Source: Parvularia atlantis
Lineage: Eukaryota
DNA length: 37,655 nucleotides
Direction of reading: 5' to 3'
Assembly (NCBI GenBank): GCA_943704415.1
Contig: CALSCO010000765.1
Coordinates: forward strand, 1 to 37,655
Shown: positions 1 through 10,900 of the stretch, one piece after another
Numbering within the stretch: the stretch's first letter is position 1
How the letters are laid out: each line of letters starts with the position of its first letter
Notes under the pieces: generated by a model
Told to the model about the DNA's origin: nothing
Databases searched by the model: none
What the model saw: only the letters and a program-made list of their open reading frames with translations
Position numbers and translations under genes: made by a program

Positions 1-53
1 CGGCGGCGGCGGGCGAGGCCAAGAAGAAGAAGAAGAAGGCCGTGCAGGCGTGA
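1..53 (+). CDS. 3' end of an unidentified gene (Lys-rich C-terminus)
   Basis: Reads AAAGEAKKKKKKAVQA then TGA at 51-53 with coding-like codon usage; truncated by the window edge. Confidence 0.5.
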   Translation, partial: AAAGEAKKKKKKAVQA

Positions 54-107
54 GTGCTGTGCGACGACGTGTGTCGCGCTGTGCGTTGTCGCAAATGCTT
101 TCTCGTG

Positions 108-2153
108 TCACATCGGCGGCAACCCCATGCGCTGCCGTAGCAGTTTCGCCAGCACGTCTGGCGGCGCTCGGTTGCCCGTGCGCTTGAGTGCCTGCGCCAC
201 AAACCACCCGAAGAGGCGGTCCTTGCCGCCTCGGATCGCTGCGACTTTTTCCTGGTGCTCGGCCACAAGCGCATCGGTGACGGCTGCTAGCTCGCCCTCG
301 TCGCTCAGCAGCGCCAGCCCGCGCTCGGCCGCAATCCTGCATGCGTATGCGTCATCGTGAGCTGCCGGTCAGTCGTGTGCCGCGCGCGCACTGCGTTGCC
401 GTCTGCCCGCCGCCGTCTGCCATAATCACGAGCACCTGTTTGCCCTGTTTGCCTGCGGTTGTGTGCGCGCTTTCTCGTTCAGTCGTCTGCGGCCGTGTCG
501 GAACGCAAGCACCGCACCTGATAAGACACTATTGTGCACCGCCTGCACGATTGATCCGAGCTGCGCCGGGGTGACCGGCGACGCATCTAGCCGCAGGCCG
601 CGCGCGTTGAGCAGGCCGAGCAGCTCAGACGTGACCCAGCTGAACGCCAGCTGCGCCGCGCGGGCGTCCGACGGCGCGACGTGCTCCATCACGCGCTCAA
701 AGTACTCGGCGCCGCCGCGCTCGTCCGCGAGCAGCTGCCTCACGCTGAGTTGCTGCGACAGGAGTTCGTGCCGCGCACCTTGGCGCGCTGTGTGGGCAGC
801 CCATACTGACGGCTGAGGCGCTGCAGCAGATCGTGTGGCAGCTCGGGCATGCTCTTGCGCAGTGCCTCGACCCATGCCGCGTCAAGCACTATGTCGGGAA
901 TGTCAGGCTCGGGCATGTACCTGCGCGGTTGTGAGCTTCGAAGCGAACGTAGGCGTGCAAGCCGGCACCGGTAGTCGCGCGCCTGCTCCTTGTCGCGCAG
1001 CTTGAAGGTCGTGCCCGAGGCGACGTCAAACGACTTGGTCTCCTGCACGACTTGTCCGCCGGTCTCGAGCGTGCGGACCTGCAGGTCAATCTCAAAGTCT
1101 GAGTGCGGCGCGCTTCAGTGCGTGACCGGCTGCGAGTCTCCGCGTGGCACCTATTGCTTGCGCGAGCGACCGCACGCTGTTGAGGTTCTTGAGCTCGATG
1201 CGCGTGCCGAGCGGCGCGGCGGGGTCGTCGCGGCGCACAGACACGTTGACGTCGCAGCGCATGGTGCCGTCCTCTGTGCTCTCGGGTCAGCTGCGACGGC
1301 ACCGAGCACGGTACTCACCCATGTTGGCCTGCGACGCCCCGACGGCACGCAGGATGCTCTGCAGCTTGCGCACGTACGCCGCGGCCTCTGCGCTTGTCCT
1401 GCGCGCCGTCGTCATCTCAGATGCGGAGCGGTCGACGCAGCGTGAGCACCGCATGTCCGGCTCAGACACGATCTCGACGAGCGCCGAGCCGGCGCGGTTG
1501 AGGTCGACGAGCGTCATGCCTTGCACCTCGTCCACGACGCTCTTGCCGGTGTCCTGCGCATGCGCATGAGGCAGGGTCGCGATCAGCCCGTCGTTGCTCG
1601 TCGGCGATCGGTCGCAGCGGCGCGCCTGCTCGAGCTGCAGCTGCACGAGGCGCACGACACACGGCGCGGCGAGGCCGTCGCTCGCGTCGAGGTGGACGGC
1701 GCCGCCGGTGACGATCGGTTCTGGCGCGGTGCCGCGCGATCAGCGTCGTGCTCGCCGTTGCGGCTCTCGTCGGGCGCCGCGCACGTCGATGCTGCGTGAT
1801 CTGGTAGCCGGCGGGGAGGTCGGCGTAGAAGTAGTGCTTGCGATCGAAGGCCGAGCGCAGGTGCACGCGCCCGCCCAGCGCCAGGCCGAGCACGACGGTG
1901 CGCTCGACGCACTCGCGCTGCAGTACGGGGAGCGTCCCGGGGATGGCCGCGTCGAAGCGCGCGACGTGCGCGTTGGGCCCCGCGTGCAGTCCGGCGGCGG
2001 CGGCCGAGATCGCGCCTAGTGCGGCGCGCACGCACGGATCAGCCGCTGCAGGGTGACTGCGAAGGCGCCGCGCGCACCCGAGAAGAGCTTGCGGGCGGCC
2101 GCGAGCTGCGCGTGCACCTCGACGCCGACGACGCCGGTCCACCCCGCCGGCAT
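108..2153 (-). CDS. GATB: Glutamyl-tRNA(Gln) amidotransferase subunit B (GatB/PET112), multi-exon
   Basis: Exons give [86 protein letters not shown] and a C-terminal [17 protein letters not shown] at 2153, TGA at 110-108. Confidence 0.95.
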
Positions 2154-2267
2154 TGGTTTGCGTGCGTCGCAGTCAGTGTCAATGTCGCCGGCATTGGTTT
2201 GCGCGCGTCGCAGTCAGTGTCAATGTCGCCGGCATTGGTTTGCGCGCGTCGCAGTCAGTGCCAATGT
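2145..2267. repeat. Three tandem copies of a 41-bp unit spanning both start codons of a divergent gene pair
   Basis: cgccggcattggtttgcg(t/c)gcgtcgcagtcagtg(t/c)caatgt at 2145-2185, 2186-2226 and 2227-2267. Confidence 0.95.
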
Positions 2268-3072
2268 CGTCGTCCTTCCTCGACGCGACCTGCTGCCGCG
2301 CGTGCCTCGGCTGCGCCGGCTGCGGCGCCTGCGGCTGCAACGAGGACGACCTGCGCCTGATAGCGATGCGTGCGCGCCGCCCCGCCGTCGGCATGCTCGC
2401 CGGCACAGTCTTTGCGATCGCATGGTGGTGCGCGGCAGCGGGCCGATCGATCGCGCTCAACGCGGCCTGCAGGGTCTTCATCGACGCGCTGGTCATCGCG
2501 CACGTGCGCCAGGTCGACGTCCCGATCCGCTTCGAGGCGCGGCCGCGGCCGCTGTCGCTGCGCCGCGGCTGACGCGTGCGCAACCGTGCAGGAGTGGGTC
2601 TGCGGCATCTTCGGGACGATCGCCCTCGTCGCCGTCAACGCCGTCGACCGCAGCGTCGTCTCGTCCGACTCGTACTGTGCGCTCTCGACTGCCCGTGCTC
2701 GTGCTTGTGGGAGCTGACGTGGGGCGCGCAGACGGCGATGACGTGAGGCGGAGGGCGCGGCTGTACATCTTCCTGTGCCTCTTTGGTGCGCACTTCGTGG
2801 CTGGTCGGGCGCGTGCGGCATCACTGACGGTCGCCGCGCCAGTGGCCATGGGCGCCGTCATCGGCTCGATCGTCATGTTCACGGTCAAGTACACGGGCGA
2901 CGGGCTGCAGGGCGAGCAGCTCGGCCCGGGCATCGCCGTGGTCGTGCAGAACTGCATGATCCTTGTCAGGTGCGCGCCGCCGACACTTGTCTGCACCCGC
3001 GTGTGCCGTGACATGGTTGCGCGCAGTTCGCTCATGCTCTGGTTTGGGCGCGCGCCTGCGAACGACTGGTAA
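2264..3072 (+). CDS. VPS68: TMEM50/Vps68 family membrane protein, multi-exon
   Basis: AGTVFAIAWW|VFIDA, FE|EWVCGIFGTIALVAVNAVD, RARLYIFLCLF, GIAVVVQNCMILV, ending LMLWFGRAPANDW-TAA; fits the UPF0220 (Vps68/TMEM50) pattern. Confidence 0.85.
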
Positions 3073-3123
3073 CCGACGAATGCCTTTACAACTGCACACG
3101 TGTAGTTTGTTTGTTTGTGAAAG

Positions 3124-5189
3124 CTAGACTGCCTCGCCGCCGCTGCCGAGATCGCGCCGCCGCATGAGGAACAGCTTCGGTGTCACGCGCACCTCGATCG
3201 ACAGCATCGACAGCAGCCGGCGCAGCACGGGCGGCCACAGCTGCGTGCCGAGAGCCGACTGCGCGCCATAAGCATACCGTCAGCAAAAGCAATGGCGGCA
3301 GCAATGCGACGCACCTCTACGCGCAGCAGCAGCCAGCGCGAGCCCATCGGACCCCACACGACGCGGTCGAGGCCCGTGACGTAGTCGAAGCTCTCGAAGC
3401 GGAGCGAGTGCAGGTCGGGTGTGCTCGTGATGAGGTGCGTGAAGTGCGCAAACTCCTCCGGCCTCGTCAGGCCTTCGTCTTTTGAATACCTGCGACAGCG
3501 TTGGCCCGCGCACAGTGGCAGCAGCACCACCGCACCTCCACTCGGGCCGCCGCAGCTCGCCGAAGCGCGATGCGCCCGTCATCGCTGCTGGCGCGTCGAT
3601 GTGCATGTGCACTGCGCGCGCGGTCAGCCTCGCACGCGACGGGCACAGGCGCGCGCCGCACCGTCCGCACGGCGGTCCTCCCGCTCATGCATGGTGCGCA
3701 GCGCATAGCCGCCCGGGTAGTTGTGCGCGGCCGTGTAGGCAAACAGGCCCGTCGCGCACAGTGACGCGGCCAGCAGCAGCACGCCTAGGCGCAGCGCCGT
3801 GGCCCAGCGCCGCCGCCGCTCGGCGCGGACCTCGCTGGGTGCCGCGTCGGCTGTCAGAGGTGCCAGAGCGCGCCACGACAGCACGCACCACTGCGCAAGG
3901 CATACGGCCGCGGCGAGGTTGAACAGCGGCACGACGTACATGATGAAGCGCAGCTCTTTGTGCGGCAGCAACGAGTACAGCAGCACGAAGCTGACGCACG
4001 GCGTGAGGAACTCGACCAGTCGGCGCTCGAGCGCCACGCCGGCCACCGCCAGCGGCAGCGCGGCGAGCAGCGCACGCGGTAGCGCGTTGTCAAAGTACCA
4101 CCAAAACGGTTCCGTCTGCGGGCGCGGGAGACGCTGGGTGAGCACGCGTTGGCGCGGCAACGAAGCGAAGTCACGCACGCCCCACTCGGCGCTGCGGTTC
4201 AGCACCGTGTTGAAGTAGAAGACCTCGCCCTCGGGCCAGAGCCAGCGCTGCCAGAAGACCGAGTCGACCGCAACGGTGAGCACTGCGCGTGCATGTGAGG
4301 CCAGCAACCACGACCAGTTGTGGGCATACCGAGGCTGACGAGCGACGCAACGACGCCGGCTGCGACCCCCGCCACCAGGCCGATGCGCCGCAGCAGCAGC
4401 GCCTCAAGCAGCAGCGGCGCGGCCAGCACGGCGACCTCGGCGCGGAAGACGACGGCCGCGAAGGCCAGCAGCGCAATGACGGTGCGCATCTCTCGCCGCA
4501 GCCAGAAGGCGAGCGCGAGGGCGACTGCGCGCCCTGTGCAGTGAGACGCGATGCACGGCAGCCGCACAGCCGCGCGCACCGAGCACGACCGCGAACGTGT
4601 TGGGCAGCGTGCGGCTGGCGTAGAACAGGAAGTGGAACTGCGTCATGACGACGCAGCGCAGCCAGAAGCCGGCGCGGTGGCCGAAGACGCGCGCCGCAGC
4701 CGTGCAGAAGAACTCGAGCGCGGCGGCCGAGATCGTGCCGAGCACGAGGCGCACTGCGGCGGTCGCATGAGACGGCACAGCGAGCGGGGCGCGCCGCACC
4801 AAGGATCTGGTGGCTGAAACGCGACGCGCCGAGCAGGCGCAGCACGAGCGACGCGGGCGAGGCGATCGCGGCGACGACGATCGCGCCCAGGAACGTGCGC
4901 GGCACGACGCCGGGGAACTCGAGGTGGTCGTACTGCGCGCCGTTGTTAAGACGTGAGTGCGCACTGCGCCGGATTGCGCGCCTTCGCCAGATCCGCGCCG
5001 TGGAAAAGGATGTCGTGCGTCGCCTGCGCGCGATGCGTCGATTGCGCGCCTCGCACGTCCAGCACAGCAGCACCAATGCGGCGCACGCACCTGCAGGTTG
5101 AAGCTCTCCTCCACCTTCGCGAACGGGCTCGCCCAGACGTGCGCCGCGACCACCGCCGCGAGAAGCATGACACGGCCGAGCGCGGCCAT
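3124..5189 (-). CDS. ALG12: Dol-P-Man alpha-1,6-mannosyltransferase ALG12 (GT22), multi-exon
   Basis: [94 protein letters not shown]. Confidence 0.95.
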
Positions 5190-5318
5190 CGCGTGCGCGC
5201 GCTGCGTGTCGGGCGATTGATGTGGCGGTGGGTGGCTCACATGGCCCTCTTCCCTCCTGTCTGTCTTCTGCTGACGGCGTGCGGCGCGGCGCAGCGCGAG
5301 GGACGCGGGCGTCGGCGT

Positions 5319-5388
5319 CAGCAGCAGCAGCAGCAGCAGCAGCGGCAGGCGGACGAAGTGAAGAAGCAGCAGCAGCAGCAGTAGCAGC
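5319..5388 (+). repeat. (CAG)n tracts in the ALG12 / NTF2-RRM divergent intergenic or 5' UTR region
   Basis: Two CAG/GCA runs (about 5319-5343 and 5366-5388) just upstream of ATG 5390. Confidence 0.8.
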
Positions 5389-5389
5389 G

Positions 5390-6634
5390 ATGAACCCCGC
5401 CGAGGCGCCCACGGCCGACCAGAACGTCGCGCACCACTTCGTGGAGATGTTTTACAACCTGCTCGACCGGCAGCGCGAGCAGGCGCACCTGCTCTTCGTG
5501 CGTGTGACGCTGCTGTGCGTGACACGGTGTTGACGGCGGGCGCGCGCGTACGCAGCACCAAGACGCGCAGTACGCGCGCGACAACAACAGCGCCGCCGGC
5601 CAGGCCAACGTCGAGCAGCTCTTCCGCGCCATGCCCGAGACGCGCCACAGCGTCGGCTGGTACCATGGCCGCGCGGGCCCGACCGGGCCGGGGTCGACCA
5701 TCGTCGAGGTCACGGGCTCGTACGAGGTGCGGGCGCTTAGGCTGGCCGTGCCAATAGGCCGACGAGACACCGCGCGCGCGCGACAGATGCCCGGCCATGG
5801 CCCGTTCCCGTTCTCAGAGTCGTTCTTGCTGCAGCAGCTGCCGTCGGGCGCGTACGGCATCAGCCAGAGCATCTTCCACACGCAGCACCAGGGCGCTGCA
5901 CCCTCACAGCAACAGCAACAGCAGCTGCAACAGCAGTTCCACCAGCAGCAGCAGTTCCACCAGCAGGCGCAGCAGGTCCAGCAGCACCAGCAGCAGATGG
6001 CAGGCGGGCCGGCCATGGCAGGCGCCGCGCCGCCCGACGGCGTGACAAAGGAGGAGGACCGGCGGTCGATCTTCGTGGGCCACGTGCGTGCCCATCCGCC
6101 CGCGCATGTCTCGTGCTCAGCGAGCACGGCCCGCGCAGATCGACTACCACGCGACCGAGACACAGCTGCGGCAGCTGTTCTCGCAGTTTGGCGTGGTCAA
6201 CCGCGTGACGATCAAGAAGGACCCGACAACGCACCAGTCCAAAGGGTGCGCAGTCTGCGTCGCAGCGGCTGCCGCTCACCGCCCCCTGCGCGCGCTAGCT
6301 ACGCCTACGTCGAGTTTGCCCAGGAGGCGTCGGCCGTGAGCGCGCTGCAGCTGGACGGCTCGGCGCACCTCGGGAAGCAGATCAAGGTGGGCGTTTCGCA
6401 GTTTGTGGGGCGCTGTGCTGGCGCAGTTAACACGTCACGCGCGTGCCAAGGTCACGCCCAAGCGGACCAACGTGCCCGGGTACGCGCGGGCCCCGAACGG
6501 CCAGGGCGACACGTCGATGGACACCCGCGGCGGGCGCGGCGGGTGCGTTGCGCGGCGGTGTTCACCGGTCGCAGGGGCTGACCGCGCGCCACAGTCGCCG
6601 AGGCGGCGGTGGCCGCGGCGGGTTTGAATACTGA
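5390..6634 (+). CDS. NTF2-like domain + Gln-rich linker + PABPN1/Pab2-type RRM + RGG tail, multi-exon
   Basis: N-terminus [39 protein letters not shown] (NTF2-like). [76 protein letters not shown], then RGG repeats and TGA at 6632-6634. Confidence 0.85.
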
Positions 6635-6676
6635 TGCGTTCATGCGTTCATGCTCATCGCGTTTGCATCTGCCGTT

Positions 6677-6678
<2 letters not shown>

Positions 6679-6726
<48 letters not shown>
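6679..6726 (+). repeat. (TG)24 microsatellite between convergent genes
   Basis: Uninterrupted TG dinucleotide run. Confidence 0.97.
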
Positions 6727-6728
<2 letters not shown>

Positions 6729-6811
6729 TGCGGTGATCCGCCGGTTGAACAACCCTTTCTGCGACCGTGCGCGTGCTTTTTGGGCCAACGCCTTGGCGGG
6801 CTGTGTGCCGG

Positions 6812-7685
6812 TCATCTCCTCTTGGCAGTGGCCTTGCGCATTGCCGGTGCCGCTGCAGCAACGTCCTCGCCCTCCGTGCTGGCCACGGCCGCCTCGATCG
6901 ACAGGCCCGTGGACTCGCGCACGAGGCGCTTGTGCTCCATCGGGCTGACGTAGTTGTCCTGCGCCCACATGCCCTTGCGCTCGCGCTGCGCAACGGCCTC
7001 GGCCGCGCGGTATTGCTGCAGGTACGAGCCGTAGACGGCGCCGTGGCCCTCGTAGACGGTGGCGAAGCCGGCCTTGACGAGCTCGAGCGAGACGTTGCGC
7101 CAGATGAACGGGATGCGCGACCGGAACCAGACCGTGCCGACCTTGCGAGCGGCGATCAGTGACATCGCGCGGGTGACGCAACACGTCGCACACCAGGCGG
7201 CCGTACGGGTCGCGGTGGTGCACCTGCACACGTACGAAGCGCCCGAGCACAATCTCCTTGAGCGCCGCGCGTGCCTCGCTCGCAAACGGCTGGCCCGGGT
7301 TGCCAAAGTGCGCGCTCTCGGGCGCGTCGACGCCGGCGAGGCGCACGTTGATCGAGTTCTTGACCACGCCGCCCTCGCGCGCGACTGGCACCCAGCGCCG
7401 ATCAGCCACTGCCCGCGCACCCGATGCGGAGGCGCACGACGCACGGCGCTGGGCGTCTGGCCGGCGGGCCCACTGCCGCAGCCAGGCGGTGTGGTACACG
7501 CGGACGTTGTCGCCGTCGTTGACCGCGACGACGTAGCCGCGCAGGCTGCCCTGGCGGTGGATGAGCGAGCCCGGGACGAGGTCGGCCGTGCGGAAGCGCC
7601 GCAGCCCCGAGCGCAGCACGAGCGCGGCCGCGCCGAGCGATGCGACGACGCCCGCTCCTAGTGCTACGTCGCCCCACTTATCCAT
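6812..7685 (-). CDS. LCL3: Staphylococcal nuclease (SNase)-like endonuclease, LCL3 type, with N-terminal hydrophobic anchor
   Basis: [98 protein letters not shown]. Confidence 0.88.
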
Positions 7686-7765
7686 TGCTGGACAGCGGGC
7701 TGATTGCGGGCCGAAATACCTGGCACCCGTGTATCCATTGATGCACAGCGTGTCGCACCCAAATC

Positions 7766-8834
7766 TCATAGCTTCGACGCGCCGACCCAACGCGGCGCAC
7801 GCTTCTCGGCGAAGGCGGCCAGGCCCTCGGCCAGGTTGTCGCCGCCGAGCATCGCCGCGACCTCGGGCAGCTCGTACTGCTGCTGCATCGCCGCAAACAC
7901 GTCCGGCGTGGCCAGGGCGAGCGCGACGATGCGCTTGCTGGCCGCGAGCGAGTCGGGCGAGCACGCGAGCATGCGCCGGGCGATCTCGAGCGCGCGCGGG
8001 AGCAGTTTCTGCGCGGGTGATGAGCGAGGCGATGGCACGCGCTCGAAATGCTGCTCACCTCGTGCGGCACGACCTCGTTCACGATGCCCTGCCGGTGCGC
8101 CTCGGCCGCGTCGATCTCGTCGCCAGTGAGGATCAGCGCGAGGGCCCGCTGCATGCCTGGCGCACCGCGCGTCAAGCACGCACGCACGTGCGGCGGCAGC
8201 AGGGCGGCGAGTGCACCGATCAGCCGCGGCAGCCGCACGAGCCCGCCCGCGAGCGCCGCGAGGCCGCGTTTGGGCTCGGGCAGAGCGAACGAAGCGCGCT
8301 CGGACGCGAGGATCACGTCGCAGGCCAGCGCGAGCTCAAAGCCGCCGCCGTGTGCGAGGCCCTGCGCACAAACACGCTGAGCAGCAGCACGAGCACGAGC
8401 AGCAGCAGCACGGGCGCGCGCACGTTGACCGCGGCGATGACCGGCTTGCGCAGCGTCTGGCGGAACGCGAGCCCCGCAAAGCCCGTCGGGTTCTCGGCCG
8501 GCTCGCTCTTGAGATCTGCGCGCGCCGCGCCGTCGGTCGATGTGGCCGGCCTCTCCTCAGCGCAACACACCAAAGCCGGCGCAGAACGCGCGGTCGCCCG
8601 CGCCCGTCACGATCGCGACCCACAGCGCCGGGTCGGCCTCGAAGTGGTCCCAGACGCGCGCGAGCTCGGCGCTGGCCTGCGCGGCTCGCCGCTGCTGAGC
8701 ATGACATACGCGCGAGGCGATGCGACGCGGGGCACCTCGGCGCTGAGCGCGTTGCGCTGGCGCTCGCGGTCGATCGTGAGGACGAGTATGCGCTCGTCCT
8801 CGACGCGCACGCGGCAGAACCGCAGATTGTCCAT
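7766..8834 (-). CDS. Enoyl-CoA hydratase/crotonase family protein (CaiD-like) with C-terminal PTS1 (SKL)
   Basis: [83 protein letters not shown], ends ASKL-stop. Confidence 0.92.
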
Positions 8835-8839
8835 CGCGA

Positions 8840-9238
8840 ATGTCTGCGTATGATTCGCCGCCGCCGCTGCTCGAGCGCGTGATCAGCTGGCCCGTCGTGC
8901 TCGGCGTGCTCGCGACGGGCAACGCGCTCAACGCGCTGCGCCGCGTGCGTCTTGGCCTGCACCTGCACGCGGCCGTCCTCGGCACGACCGCCGCGGTCGA
9001 GGCCGCGGCCGCGATCAGCACCGCGCCGGCGCTGCGCGAGCGCTTCGGGCGCGGCGCCATCGCAACGCAGCTGCTCGGCGCGGCCGTGCTGATCGCGCGG
9101 CCCGCGCACAACACGCGCCGCGCCGTCGTCGCCGTGCAGGGCCTGACCGAGGCCGTGCTGACGGCGGCGATGCTGCAGCGCGAGCTCGACCGCGACAGCA
9201 TCGCCGCGCTGCACCGGCCGCGCGGCACCGACGGCTAG
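8840..9238 (+). CDS. Hypothetical intronless small hydrophobic protein (132 aa)
   Basis: Single ATG-to-TAG ORF filling the gap between two genes, strong G/C third-position bias, several hydrophobic segments; no family recognised. Confidence 0.6.
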   Translation: MSAYDSPPPLLERVISWPVVLGVLATGNALNALRRVRLGLHLHAAVLGTTAAVEAAAAISTAPALRERFGRGAIATQLLGAAVLIARPAHNTRRAVVAVQGLTEAVLTAAMLQRELDRDSIAALHRPRGTDG

Positions 9239-9339
9239 GCAGACGCTGTGTGTGTAACGTGCGACGTGGACAGCCTGACGACGGGCGCGACACGGCCACA
9301 GCGGGAAAGAGAGTGAAGCGAGACGAGCGAGGGGCCATT

Positions 9340-10263
9340 TCACACGACGTTGCTGTAACCGGCGCCGGCCGGGTTCGTCGGGCGCTCCTTCTCCATGCCG
9401 GGCGTGCCCTTGGCGAGCGCGCGCGCACTGCAGTGAGCACCCGCGCACATGAGGCGGGCAGGCGCGCGCACCGGCGCGGCGTTGCCAGCCTGCTCGACGT
9501 GCTCCTTCTTGAACGCGGCCAGGATGTACAGCAGGGCCGTGCCCGCCAGCAGCAGGGCCGAGATGACGTAGATGGACGACTGGTTTGCGTGGAAGATGAC
9601 GACCCAAATCACTGTCGACATGCTGCGGGGGCGGGGGGTGCGTGAGCGTGCTTGTGCACCAGCTAGGCACAGCCACGCCGACGCGCGCACACGGTGTATA
9701 GGAACGCGCGCAGCAGCGGGTGGTTGAAGACGCGCGTGAAGGTCGCGCTGTGCGGTCCGGTGAGCGCTCATTGCGCGCGCGATCGAACAAGGGGACGCAC
9801 ACGCTCGGGCCGGCGCAGCAGCACGCGAGCCACGGCAGCTCGAGGATAAGCATCAGGCCGGCAAAGACGCTGGCGGTGCGCGTGAGCGGGCGAGCCCCAC
9901 GTGTGCTGTCGTCGTCACGCACAACGAAAAGGCGGCCGCGAGTATGCTCGTGATCATGAACGCGCCGACGATGATCAGCACTGTGCGTGCGCACGACGCG
10001 TGAGCCGCACGGCCCCGGTGCGCGCGCGCCGCCCGTCCGCCGTCGCACCCACGACCGAGACCATGCCGGCCCTGTTCGCGCGCGCGGACGACGTCAGCAC
10101 GTGGTGCGCCACTCAACGCACAGAGCGCACGCACGTCTTGGCGTAGGTCGTGAACTTGCCGTTCCTGAGGTCCTCCCACAGGCCCTGCCCGTGCGCGCGC
10201 GCCGCGGCACGTCAGCGGGCCCCACGGCGTCGTCGCGGCGCGCGCAGAGCGGTGACACACCAT
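9340..10263 (-). CDS. TVP18: Golgi membrane protein TVP18 / Flower (CACFD1) family, multi-exon
   Basis: M|GLWEDLRNGKFTTYAK, GLMLILELPWLACCC, LLRAFLY, SSIYVISALLLAGTALLYILAAFKKE; resembles the Tvp18 pattern (KDLK.FNFS.YG, LFIEIPFL, RCLFY). Confidence 0.78.
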
Positions 10264-10554
10264 GGTCGCGTGTGGACGGTGGCGGTTGCTGTGCTGGCTG
10301 CGAACGTGCGCGGATCAGCCCCGTCTCGCTGCTCGCCCTCCCAGTCGCAGCGCATCGCAGCGGCAGCGCAGGGCGAAGCGGGCGGCAGGCACCAGTGCGC
10401 AGTGGCCGTGCGCCCGACGGTGAGAGAGAGCGCGAGAGGGGAAAGTCCCGCTGATACGCCATGAGCGAGTACACAACATGGCGATCGTTGCGCTGATGGG
10501 CGATGAGCACGCACCCAGCATGGCGATTCGCCGATACTTAATGAGCGCAGCAGC

Positions 10555-10868
10555 ATGGCGGCAGCATCCGGCGTCGAGCTCGCGCGCCGGCACTGCGAGC
10601 TGTTGCAGCAGCTGTCGCAGCCGCGCGCGGCGCTGACCGTGGCCGTGACGGCGCGGTGGCTATTTGCGGGCATCGTCGACAACGACGACACCAAGGGCAT
10701 CATCCAGGTGCGCGCGCGTGACGCGCATCACGAGAGCTGATCGCGTGTCGTGGCTTGTCGTGGCGTGGCGCAGGTCTGGCACGTGCGCCTGTTCCACCTC
10801 GAGAAGGAGCTGCGCGGGCACACGCGCGGTGTCTCGAGCCTGGCGATCGTCGACGGCGGCCGCGACCC

Positions 10869-10900
<32 letters not shown>

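Noticed and set aside
108..2153. Apparent frameshifts suggesting pseudogenes or a variant genetic code
   Set aside because: The breaks examined are explained by short GT/GC-AG introns with branch motifs, and TGA, TAG and TAA all act as normal stops.
2145..2267. 41-bp repeats as a CRISPR array
   Set aside because: The copies are directly adjacent with no unique spacers, there are no cas genes, and the context is eukaryotic.
6654..6811. THTHTH or CVCVCV repeat peptide at the LCL3 C-terminus
   Set aside because: Only the translation of a (TG)n microsatellite; the spliced LCL3 frame stops at 6812.
6812..9238. Nuclease plus small membrane ORF as a defence or toxin module, or a bacterial insert
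   Set aside because: LCL3 and the crotonase carry host-type introns and are ordinary eukaryotic housekeeping families; no mobile-element hallmarks are present.
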